Source: Kiritimatiellia bacterium
Lineage (GTDB): Bacteria; Verrucomicrobiota; Kiritimatiellia; JAAZAB01
Assembly (NCBI GenBank): GCA_040767085.1
Contig: JAXGPF010000003.1
Span: 320,001 to 384,000, forward strand
Length of the DNA stretch: 64,000 bases
Direction of reading: 5' to 3'
A program made the position numbers and the translations under genes. The stretch's first letter is position 1. Each line of letters begins with the position of its first letter. Under the pieces are notes generated by a model. It saw nothing but the letters and a program-made list of their open reading frames with translations, had not been told where the DNA came from and ran no database searches. Shown in pieces: positions 1 through 8,178 of the stretch.

Positions 1-1443
1 CATGCCGACCGGGAAAACCGGCCGGTCATCCTGCAGCAGCACACCCCGGGTGAAATCAGCCTTGACCTCGAATCCGGGCCGGGGCGGCAGCCGCTGCGCC
101 TCAAGCTGCCTGGCTGCCATTTCTGTTCCGTCCAGCAAGATGCGCAGGTCGACTGCATTGCTGCCGGCCGCGAGCGCCTCGAGGGGAATGGCGGCGGTCA
201 TGGCCGGCTGCAAGTCCCGGATTTCCATTGCCGCCCGGCCGTTGACAGCGATGCTCAGTGCCGCTTTTTTCAACAGTTGCCCGGGCAATCCCAATTCCAG
301 GCGAATCTCCGCCTGGCGCTCGGACGTGTAATAACTGCGGCCGACGAAGGCTTTTTTGATTACCTGCAACTTGGTCAGATCGTCAATCGCCTTTTCCGCC
401 AGCAGGCTGCCGGACGCCGGATCCACGAGCGCCACCCGCACCTGGCGTTCGCGCAAGTCGCCGGCGGGAATCGGCAACGTCAGTTCAAGTTGATACCGGC
501 CGGTGACGCCCGGCGCCGATTTCCCGTCCAGCGCCGCCAGTTCAGCATGCTGGACGGCATCTTCCGCGCCATAGTTCTCGATTACCTGCACCAGCGCCGT
601 GCCGGCAATCCCAGTAAAACGCTGTAAAGTCAGGTTGACATCATAGTAATATTTCCCAGCCTGCTCCCGCAGGCCGGCCACTTCGGCCGCCGCAATCTTC
701 GGGGCGAAGGGCTGCTCCGGCCGGAAGCCGCCCAGTCCGGCGATGGCGGCGAATTTTTCATAATCATGGGTATACCGCCGGTCGGGCGTACCGGGCTGCA
801 GCGTGGCCATGATCGTTTGCTCGCCTTGTTTTGCGCCCATCTGGTCCAGCGTTACTTGCCTGGAATTGCGGACGAGATTGATTTGCGCCCCGCTCAAATC
901 ATCGCATTCCAGGGCATACAGCGGGATGGCGATTTCGGCCGTCCAGCCGTCGGGCCGGATTTTAGTCAAATGCCGCCAGGGCGCGCTCCAGGCCACCTCC
1001 TGTTTTGATACAGGCGTTTTCTGGAGGCGCTGCTCCATCGCCACGTTGGCGGCGCTTAAGACAAACCAGTAATAACGGTCCTGGCTCCCGTCCGGCTTGA
1101 GATAGATTTCCACCGACTCGTTGGCGTAAAAGTTCGGATAGATGTCGTCGTGCTTGAACACCGTCTGGGCGACATGCGCCATGTTGGAATTGAGGCACTT
1201 GAATCCCAGGTAAAGCCATTGATTGTCGCGGGCGAGATAAACCGTCGTGTCCGTGACCGGCGTATTGGTGTTTTCCAGGTATAGGCGCTCGATTTTCGCC
1301 GCGTTCTGCCAGGCGGGATCGTCAAGAGCGCCTTCCAGAACCGGCGGTTTATCGTAAATCGGGATATCAATGGGCTCTGATCTCGCCGCTATGATTCCCA
1401 GCAGCCCGCTGATGGCACAAAACATCGCCGGCAATTTTCGCAT
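1..1443 (-). CDS. Secreted CBM9/DOMON-like sugar-binding domain protein, putative glycoside hydrolase; 3' part runs off the window (not in ORF track)
   Basis: Manual translation from ATG at 1443 is open to base 1: MRKLPAMFCAISGLLGIIAARSEPIDIP...PPVLEGALDDPAWQ...GWTAEIAIPL...GRSYYTSE...DRPVFPVGM. Signal-peptide-like start; collinear similarity to the 39728-42970 protein. Confidence 0.85.
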   Translation of the reverse strand, partial: MRKLPAMFCAISGLLGIIAARSEPIDIPIYDKPPVLEGALDDPAWQNAAKIERLYLENTNTPVTDTTVYLARDNQWLYLGFKCLNSNMAHVAQTVFKHDDIYPNFYANESVEIYLKPDGSQDRYYWFVLSAANVAMEQRLQKTPVSKQEVAWSAPWRHLTKIRPDGWTAEIAIPLYALECDDLSGAQINLVRNSRQVTLDQMGAKQGEQTIMATLQPGTPDRRYTHDYEKFAAIAGLGGFRPEQPFAPKIAAAEVAGLREQAGKYYYDVNLTLQRFTGIAGTALVQVIENYGAEDAVQHAELAALDGKSAPGVTGRYQLELTLPIPAGDLRERQVRVALVDPASGSLLAEKAIDDLTKLQVIKKAFVGRSYYTSERQAEIRLELGLPGQLLKKAALSIAVNGRAAMEIRDLQPAMTAAIPLEALAAGSNAVDLRILLDGTEMAARQLEAQRLPPRPGFEVKADFTRGVLLQDDRPVFPVGM

Positions 1444-1593
1444 TAAATTCATTTACAACTCTGCGATGCGGCGTGGACACATTGCGATTCATAAAATCAT
1501 GTCAATTCTAAATAAGTTGCCTGATAAAACAATGGACAATCGGGCTTTATTTTATGTATATTATTAGCAACGATATTCGCATGGAATTGCGCA

Positions 1594-2400
1594 ATGAAAA
1601 ATAGACTGACCCGCGATGCCATACCAACGCCTCTGGATGAAATCCGAGTGCACATATTCAACTGTCAGGCAATTCGCCTGTCGGAGCCGGCAAAGTGGTG
1701 GCATAGCGAAAACTATTCCGTCCCCTACTGGCGGCTTTATTGGAATTCCACCCCCGGCGCCGCGCTGATTCATAATTCCAGCCGTATCGAACTGACGCCC
1801 GATCAGGTTTTTCTTGTCATCCCAAACACCATTACGGCCAAGCGCTGCCGCCACCCATTGGATCATTACTTTGTGCATTTCGTCGCCGATCCACCTTATG
1901 ACCGGGCGCTCCCGGGCATCATTTCCTTTCCTGTTACCCCGGAGTTGACGGATGCTTTCCAGCAATTGCCCGAGTTGATTACAGCGGAGCCGCACCGCAG
2001 AAAATCGGGGTCAACCCGGATTTTGTTCCTCTGTTATTATGCATTGTCAAAGGTTCCTGCTGAACACATCAAGGAGGAATATCGCGATCAGCGGATAGAG
2101 CGCGCCATTGCCTGTATGGACGCCAATATAGCGTATCCGTCAGATAACACCGAGTTGGCCGGGATATCCGGCATGCATCCAACGGCATTCATCCGCCTGT
2201 TCAAAGAACGAATCGGGATGTCGCCCCAGGCATATTATCAAATCCGGCGGATAGAAGAGGCCTGCCGGCTATTGCATCTTACGACCATGAAAATGGATGA
2301 CATCGCCAAAAAGACCGGGTATTATGACCGATATCATTTTTCACGCATCTTCAAGAAAATCAGAGGGATGACTCCGACGCAATTCCGGCGTAAGCTCTGA
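1594..2400 (+). CDS. AraC-family transcriptional regulator
   Basis: N-terminal cupin-like region plus C-terminal double HTH (FIRLFKERIGMSP...IAKKTGYYDRYHFSRIFKKIRGMTPTQFR). Confidence 0.92.
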   Translation: MKNRLTRDAIPTPLDEIRVHIFNCQAIRLSEPAKWWHSENYSVPYWRLYWNSTPGAALIHNSSRIELTPDQVFLVIPNTITAKRCRHPLDHYFVHFVADPPYDRALPGIISFPVTPELTDAFQQLPELITAEPHRRKSGSTRILFLCYYALSKVPAEHIKEEYRDQRIERAIACMDANIAYPSDNTELAGISGMHPTAFIRLFKERIGMSPQAYYQIRRIEEACRLLHLTTMKMDDIAKKTGYYDRYHFSRIFKKIRGMTPTQFRRKL

Positions 2401-2406
2401 GATGTG

Positions 2407-4134
2407 TTATCTCAGGATAAAGATGGACGCGGTGGGAATCAATTCATAACATCCCATATCAACAAGGCGAACCACTCGATCCACGCGCGGCCGGCCGTCC
2501 AGATCCGCGGCCCCGGCCATCCAGGACTGGTTCGTCCCCGCATTGACGCCCGGCGAAGCCCCCGCCAGGCGGAAAACCCCTGCTCCGGGCGCCGCGAAAA
2601 CCGGCGCATTCGTGATGTTCCCCTGCGCGGCGTTGGTCAGCACGGGGCTGCATGAGTAATAAAACACATTGGTCAGGCCGGCCGCCGGCAGATAGAGGTC
2701 GGCGGTATTGGCCGCCGCGCTGCCGCCGTTCGTCAGATTCGCCGCCACCGCCGTATTCCAGATACGCACCTTGTCCGGCGCGGCCTCGGCCACGATATAA
2801 ATGCCGCCGCCTTCGCGTCCGGCTTCATTTTCCACGATCGTGCAGGAAAGCACTTCCGTGATGCCCGTGCCGATGTAGAATCCGCCGCCCCGGCCGAGGC
2901 TGCCGCCCGGCGCGCGGTTGCCCTGGACCAGGCAATTGCGGAAGAGCGACGTGGCATTGCCGGAATTGCCGGAGTAGTTGTCGGTGTAAATCCCGCCGCC
3001 GGTATTATTAGTGGCGCAAACATTCGACGCAATCACGCAATCAACCACCGTGTTAAGATTGCTATGATTGCGCAAGTAAACGCCCGCGCCATGCCAAGCG
3101 CGATTGGTGTTGGCCACGATCCGGGAGCGCGCGATGTCCAGCGTGCCGTAACTGGCCGTGTTGGCGTTATTCGCCACGCCGGCGCCGTAAAGCGCCCGGT
3201 TGCACGCAATCAAGGTGTTGCTGACCACGGCCCGGCCATTGGCGGTAACCAACAGTCCGCCGCCGCCGTTGGCCGTCTGATTATGCGTAATCGTGCAGTT
3301 GTTGACGACAGACGTCCCGGCTCCCGCGGAGATGCCTCCGGCGTGCACGGCGTTGGTGTTGTTGCTGATCACGCAGGACTCCACCAACACCTGCCCGGCG
3401 ACGGCCATGCCGGCGCCCTGGGCACTGTCCGCCACCCAGTTGTCGGCAATCGTGCAATCCGCGACCGTCCCGCCATTGTCAACACTTACACCGCCGCCAT
3501 GGCCGTCGCGGTAGTTATAGCGCACCACCGAGCGCCGGAGCTGGGCGCCGCCGTAGACCGCCACCCCGCCGGCGCCGGAACTGGTTTTCAACAGGATCAG
3601 TTGCTTGTTGCTGACGATCACGCAATCCGTGGCCAGGGAATTGGAATAGCCCAGGTACATGCCGCCGCCCCCGTTGTAGACCGATACGGAGATGCAATGC
3701 CGGACAATGCAGTTGGTCACCACCCCCGCCTGCACCCAGATACCCGCGCCCATGCCATAATTGTCCGAGAGGTCAGGATAGCCTTTTTCCACGGTGAACC
3801 CGTCGAACACGGCGCCCGCGCTGTTGATGCGCACGCAGCGCGCGGAATAGTTCACGTCCGGATAAAAGGTGGAGATGACCGCCCCGGTGGGCGCATCCAG
3901 GCCGCGGACGGTGATGGCCTTGTTGATGTAAATGTTGGTGGTGACGATATAGGTGCCGTTGGAAACCAGCACGGTGTCATTGTCGACAACTTTTGACACG
4001 GCATTGCTGATGGTCAGCCAGGGACTCCCGGCGGAGCCATTGCCAGTGCTGTCGTTGCCGCTGGTGGCCACATAATAGGTCGCGGCCTGGCAGGTCACCG
4101 CGCCGGCGCAAATCATTGACACGATCCATTTCAT
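2407..4134 (-). CDS. Secreted right-handed beta-helix (pectin-lyase-like, GGG-repeat) protein with choice-of-anchor-Q-like C-terminus
   Basis: Signal peptide, TYYVATSGND...SPWLTI start, many N-x-A-x-x-GGGIY repeats, ends DLDGRPR...VDMGCYE; SD GGAGG upstream. Confidence 0.85.
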   Translation of the reverse strand: MKWIVSMICAGAVTCQAATYYVATSGNDSTGNGSAGSPWLTISNAVSKVVDNDTVLVSNGTYIVTTNIYINKAITVRGLDAPTGAVISTFYPDVNYSARCVRINSAGAVFDGFTVEKGYPDLSDNYGMGAGIWVQAGVVTNCIVRHCISVSVYNGGGGMYLGYSNSLATDCVIVSNKQLILLKTSSGAGGVAVYGGAQLRRSVVRYNYRDGHGGGVSVDNGGTVADCTIADNWVADSAQGAGMAVAGQVLVESCVISNNTNAVHAGGISAGAGTSVVNNCTITHNQTANGGGGLLVTANGRAVVSNTLIACNRALYGAGVANNANTASYGTLDIARSRIVANTNRAWHGAGVYLRNHSNLNTVVDCVIASNVCATNNTGGGIYTDNYSGNSGNATSLFRNCLVQGNRAPGGSLGRGGGFYIGTGITEVLSCTIVENEAGREGGGIYIVAEAAPDKVRIWNTAVAANLTNGGSAAANTADLYLPAAGLTNVFYYSCSPVLTNAAQGNITNAPVFAAPGAGVFRLAGASPGVNAGTNQSWMAGAADLDGRPRVDRVVRLVDMGCYELIPTASIFILR

Positions 4135-4190
4135 CGGACGCCTCCCATGATGATTTTCTACTTCTTTCGTCTGTTTTCCGCTTCCCTTCC

Positions 4191-4394
4191 GTGTCTGTGT
4201 GTTGAATTCGGTTCGAAAAGAGCGGCGGCGATCTTACCCTGTCTGTCGCCCGCGGACGGGCGCCCCTTCGGGCGGGTTTGCCGGGAGCGGGGCAATCTTG
4301 AGATTAGCTCCGCCCACCGGCGCACCCGCATCCAGGGCAAGCTTGCCTTGTCTTTTCGAATCCCTTCGGGCAACCGAATTCAACACACGGGCGC
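4191..4394 (+). other. ~205-nt branched fold-back element (candidate ncRNA or ssDNA structure)
   Basis: 4191-4241 pairs with 4333-4394, including a 23-bp outer stem with three G-U pairs. Internal hairpins at 4247-4262 and 4272-4329; two CCC-TTC-GGG mini-hairpins. Confidence 0.6.
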
Positions 4395-4478
4395 ATGGCT
4401 GACGCCTTATGCAATGCTCCTCAACATAAAACCTGTGTCTTTACACAACACACAAGCTTTCCGCAAATCCAAACACAA

Positions 4479-4599
4479 CCGGTGACAACATCGATTAGCC
4501 TGTTTCGGATCGGCGGCCGCGGTGAGAATGGGCCTAAAAGCTCGTCGGAACCGTGGCCGCCGCATACCGAGCCGGACGGCGTCAAACCGCCACAACCGG
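4479..4599. other. ~120-nt rod-like inverted repeat
   Basis: Core 13-bp stem CGGCGGCCGCGGT (4511-4523)/ACCGTGGCCGCCG (4550-4562); outer pairs TCGG/CCGA and CCGGT/ACCGG. Confidence 0.45.
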
Positions 4600-4680
4600 C
4601 ATGACGTAAAATCCTCAACACCGTCAAGCCTCATTTATACCATCTCCGTTTTCATCCCGGTCGATCAAACTGTTCTGGAA

Positions 4681-5856
4681 TTAAGCATACCGCCCGTGCT
4701 TTTTTACCGCCTGGTAAAACTTCTCCAAATTCTCCGGCGGCGTGCCGGGCGCAATCACATTGCTCACCCGCACCATCAAACGCACGCCCTGTTTGACCCA
4801 GAGCTCAACAAACTCCCGGGCGGCATGGTCAATTTCCGACGCCGTCTTGCCCCAGAGCATCATGGGGTGGACGGTGCGGCGGTAGGTCACCGCCCGGCCC
4901 AGTTCCGCGGTCAGCTTGGCGAAGTCCGTAAAATACCCGGTTTCAATGTCACGGATATTGAGTTCGTCGTACAGCAGCCGGGCGTATTTTTCAATCGGCC
5001 CGCACAAGTGGATGGAATTGACGGCGCCCGGCCGGCCGCAAGCCGCGAGAATCCGCCGATGGCATGGCAGCACGAAGTCGGCGTACATCTGCGGCGACAA
5101 CAGCACGATCGCGTCATCGGCAAACCAGATCGCGTCATCCGGCAATCCGCAGCCGCCCGCCGGGTAAGCTTCGCGCATCAAGGCGCGGGAGGCCCCGATG
5201 CGCACGATAATCGCCTCCGTCACGAAATCCAGCAAAGCCCGGGCAAACCCAGGATCCTCGCAAAGGTCCAGGCACAGGTTGTCGGCGCCGCGCAAGCTGA
5301 CGGCGAGTGTAAAGGGCCCATCGGTGCCGCAGGGCAGGCGCGGCGGGGCAACCGGCCGTCCGGCGCAGCGCGCGGTGGCGGAACGTCGGCGGAAGAACTC
5401 GTAATATTGCATCATCCGCGCCATCGAGTTGCCGGTCAGCGGGTCGGGCATCTTCAGCCGGGCGAAAGCGCCCTTATCTTCCGCCAACATCGGCCTGGTC
5501 CAGAGCACATCTTCCTCGGGATAAACAATTCCGCACCCCAGCCACCCCGCTTCATACTGGTTTTGAAAGTCCACCACCACGCCTTCCCATTGTTCCGGCA
5601 AGCCGGCCGGGAGGTCGCCGGTGATGCGGGCGCGGTTGTATTGTTGCGTTTCAAGCTGGCACTGCATCATGAACGCGGGGTCCGTGAAATAGCGCCGGAA
5701 ACTCAAGTTACGCATTTTCAGGTAATACCGGATGGATATCCCGCCCGCCAACGGCGCCCGGACAGGCCGGCCGGAGCGAAACGCCCGCCACACTTCCGCG
5801 GCTTCCGCATTATGCCGCTCAATCGCCGCCGGATCAATTTCCGATTGCCGTGCCAT
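4681..5856 (-). CDS. Uroporphyrinogen decarboxylase / MtaA-CmuA-like TIM-barrel protein
   Basis: GPFTLAVSLRG, FADD...LSPQMYADFVLP, SIHLCG, TPPENL motifs. Confidence 0.85.
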   Translation of the reverse strand: MARQSEIDPAAIERHNAEAAEVWRAFRSGRPVRAPLAGGISIRYYLKMRNLSFRRYFTDPAFMMQCQLETQQYNRARITGDLPAGLPEQWEGVVVDFQNQYEAGWLGCGIVYPEEDVLWTRPMLAEDKGAFARLKMPDPLTGNSMARMMQYYEFFRRRSATARCAGRPVAPPRLPCGTDGPFTLAVSLRGADNLCLDLCEDPGFARALLDFVTEAIIVRIGASRALMREAYPAGGCGLPDDAIWFADDAIVLLSPQMYADFVLPCHRRILAACGRPGAVNSIHLCGPIEKYARLLYDELNIRDIETGYFTDFAKLTAELGRAVTYRRTVHPMMLWGKTASEIDHAAREFVELWVKQGVRLMVRVSNVIAPGTPPENLEKFYQAVKKHGRYA

Positions 5857-5908
5857 GGACTGGCCTCCTTATTTCAACCTAAATCCGGCAGTTGGCAAGT
5901 TTGCCGCA

Positions 5909-6043
5909 TCCCGCTTTAAAGCGGGACAGGGATGCACGCTTGCCACGCGCGGCGCGTGGGCGGCAAGGGTGACGGTGTATTAATATATCCCGCTTTGAGC
6001 GGGACAAGCTCCGAATTTATCCCTCCCAGCGGGACCCTTGCCA
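5909..6043. repeat. Cluster of small palindromes (TCCCGCTTT-x-AGCGGGA x2; GGCAAGGG/CCCTTGCC)
   Basis: TCCCGCTTTAAAGCGGGA at ~5910 and TCCCGCTTTGAGCGGGA at ~5988, plus a GC hairpin at 5939-5967. Confidence 0.55.
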
Positions 6044-6081
6044 ACAAAGCAGATGCGGCAAAATCGCCAACCATTTTCCGG

Positions 6082-6178
6082 TTTGAAATTCAAAAATTTT
6101 CTTACACCCGAAAGGTGTTTGCGACAGAAATCCTATCTTCCCTGTTTTCAATTGCTTATGTCATTTTTGAATTTCAAA
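6082..6178. repeat. 97-bp AT-rich element bounded by perfect 16-bp inverted repeats
   Basis: TTTGAAATTCAAAAAT (6082-6097) and ATTTTTGAATTTCAAA (6163-6178). Confidence 0.7.
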
Positions 6179-7981
6179 TGCCGGATTCAGGTTCAACAAT
6201 GTTTTGGTGACCTTGCAGGGCGCGCGCCCCAGGTTCAGTATGCCGTAGCGTCCGACCGCGGCCGGGACTACCGTCATTTCGCAGAATTTCGGGCGGTAAA
6301 ACCGCGCGGGATTTTCCAGGGAATACACCAGGACTTCCTCGCCTTCCACCAGCGCCAGCACGTGGAACTTGCCGGCGGTATCGTCCTGAACCGACCGATC
6401 GAATTCCAAACGCCGCAGCGAAAAGAAAATATCCGGATGCTCCCCCAGCAGGACTTCCCGCCAGCCCGGGCCTTCCCGCAATGTTCTGGGCTGGGGCCGC
6501 AGCACGCCGTCAAGCGCGCCGCGCCGGCAGGCCTGGTTCATGACCGTCCGGCCGTGCAAGGAGTGAATGGGCCGCGGATTCCCGTCCAAGTCCAGCCGCA
6601 GGTAATCATACATCTTGAAGGTGTAAGACCCGACCGTGCACGACCCGATTTCCAGCACCACCTGGTTGCGCCCCGAGGCGTGCAGCGTGCCGCCGGGCAG
6701 GAGGAACTGATCGCCCTTGCGGCTTTCGAAATAATTGACGTATTGCTCGTAATCGAAAGGTATTTTTTCGGTCTCCGCCTGGCGGATTTTTTCGAAAAAC
6801 TCCGGCACATCCGCATCATCGCGCAATCCGAGGTACGTGCGCGAGCCGGCCGTCTCGACCACGTAATAACTTTCATCCTGCTGAAACGGCTCGCTGAAAT
6901 GTTGCTTGGCGTAGCCGGCGGGCGGATGCACCTGGACCGACATGTTGCCGGCGCCGCCGTAGGTATCGTCGTAATTGAAGCGGATGGGGAACATCCGGCC
7001 GAATCGCTGGACGCTTTCGACGCCCATGACGGCCTCGGCCTCGGCCTTGAAGAACATCGGGAACGGAAATTCCATGACCGCCTGGCCCACCTTGGCCAGC
7101 AGGCTGACTTCATTGGGAATCATGTCAAAAACCCAGGCGCAGTTTTTCATGCCATCCGGCAGGCGGCGCAGCCGCTTGATGAACTGGCCGCCCCAGACGC
7201 CCTCGATATACACCGGCTTGCAGCGGAACGGCTGGCGCGCCAGGGCCGCCAGGGTCTGGCGGAAAGCGCCGGCCGGCAGGGCCTTCAGCCGGGCGGGCTG
7301 ATTGGCGTCAACGTAGAAATCCAGGGCATGGTCCTGGATCAGCGCCTGGCGGTGGCGCGCCATGATCTCGTAGTCGTAATAATACAGCCGGCGGAAAACA
7401 TGACGGAGCCCGCGGCCGGGCCGGTCGCCCAGGGGCAGCACCTCTCCCGCCAGCACGCGCAAGGTGGCCTGGAGCGGCGCGACATCGAAATAAACGACCA
7501 TCCCGCCCAAGTCCTTGAGCAGGGCGGCGCCGCAACCGTAAACACAGATAACCTCGCGGCTGCCGGGATGCAATCCCGTCCGTAATTTTTCAAGCTTCGT
7601 CTGATCAAACAGGGTTGCAAGGCAGCCGTGAAATATTTTGCCGAACAGCAACACCGGGTCAATTTCTTTGTCCAGCGGCAGGTTTGCCGCCAGCATGGCA
7701 TCCAATTCCGCGGACGTTTTATGGCAATCGGCGATGTTGACGGCCGTCAAGGTCAATCCCCGGCCGGCCAGCTTCTGCCGGAAGATGCCCAAAAACGCAT
7801 CCCACCCGGCGCCGATATGGCCATCCAGCAAAACGATCCGGCTGGCGGGCATGGCGTCGGACAGTTTACCCGCCAGGGCATCATTGCCGTTCACCAGCGA
7901 CTTGACGATATCATCCGGCAACGGGGGCTGATTCAGGGCGCTGAGATCGTCATAAGGATACGGATTGAACATGAAACTCAT
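6161..7981 (-). CDS. Class I mannose-6-phosphate isomerase-like cupin with long N-terminal extension
   Basis: GVWGG, MSVQVHP, QDESYY, GTLHASG, VLEI motifs of type I PMI cupins. Confidence 0.8.
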   Translation of the reverse strand: MSFMFNPYPYDDLSALNQPPLPDDIVKSLVNGNDALAGKLSDAMPASRIVLLDGHIGAGWDAFLGIFRQKLAGRGLTLTAVNIADCHKTSAELDAMLAANLPLDKEIDPVLLFGKIFHGCLATLFDQTKLEKLRTGLHPGSREVICVYGCGAALLKDLGGMVVYFDVAPLQATLRVLAGEVLPLGDRPGRGLRHVFRRLYYYDYEIMARHRQALIQDHALDFYVDANQPARLKALPAGAFRQTLAALARQPFRCKPVYIEGVWGGQFIKRLRRLPDGMKNCAWVFDMIPNEVSLLAKVGQAVMEFPFPMFFKAEAEAVMGVESVQRFGRMFPIRFNYDDTYGGAGNMSVQVHPPAGYAKQHFSEPFQQDESYYVVETAGSRTYLGLRDDADVPEFFEKIRQAETEKIPFDYEQYVNYFESRKGDQFLLPGGTLHASGRNQVVLEIGSCTVGSYTFKMYDYLRLDLDGNPRPIHSLHGRTVMNQACRRGALDGVLRPQPRTLREGPGWREVLLGEHPDIFFSLRRLEFDRSVQDDTAGKFHVLALVEGEEVLVYSLENPARFYRPKFCEMTVVPAAVGRYGILNLGRAPCKVTKTLLNLNPAFEIQK

Positions 7982-8122
7982 ATTTTTGTTCCTTGAATAG
8001 GCTGCGCCATTCTCTTAAAAGTCGGTACGCCACGTCAGCGGAAAAAGTGACTAATTGCTCCGATCTGAGATCGGAGTGATGTGGGAAAGCCTGCCCTGCT
8101 ATCTCGTCAGCCTTTTCCGCGG

Positions 8123-8148
8123 GTAGGGCGAACTCTCCGAGTGAGCCG
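8123..8148 (+). repeat. GTAG-type REP-like sequence
   Basis: GTAGGGCGAACTCTCCGAGTGAGCCG; related copy GGAGGGCGAAGCTGTGCTGAGCCG at 47209-47232; both lie just after gene ends. Confidence 0.5.
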
Positions 8149-8178
8149 TGCCAGACGGCGCGCCCATGGTATTATTCC

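Noticed and set aside
4191-4394. Integron attC site
   Set aside because: GTTGAAT and ATTCAAC boxes are present but in the reverse order to attC (RYYYAAC...GTTRRRY), and no integrase or cassette array is present.
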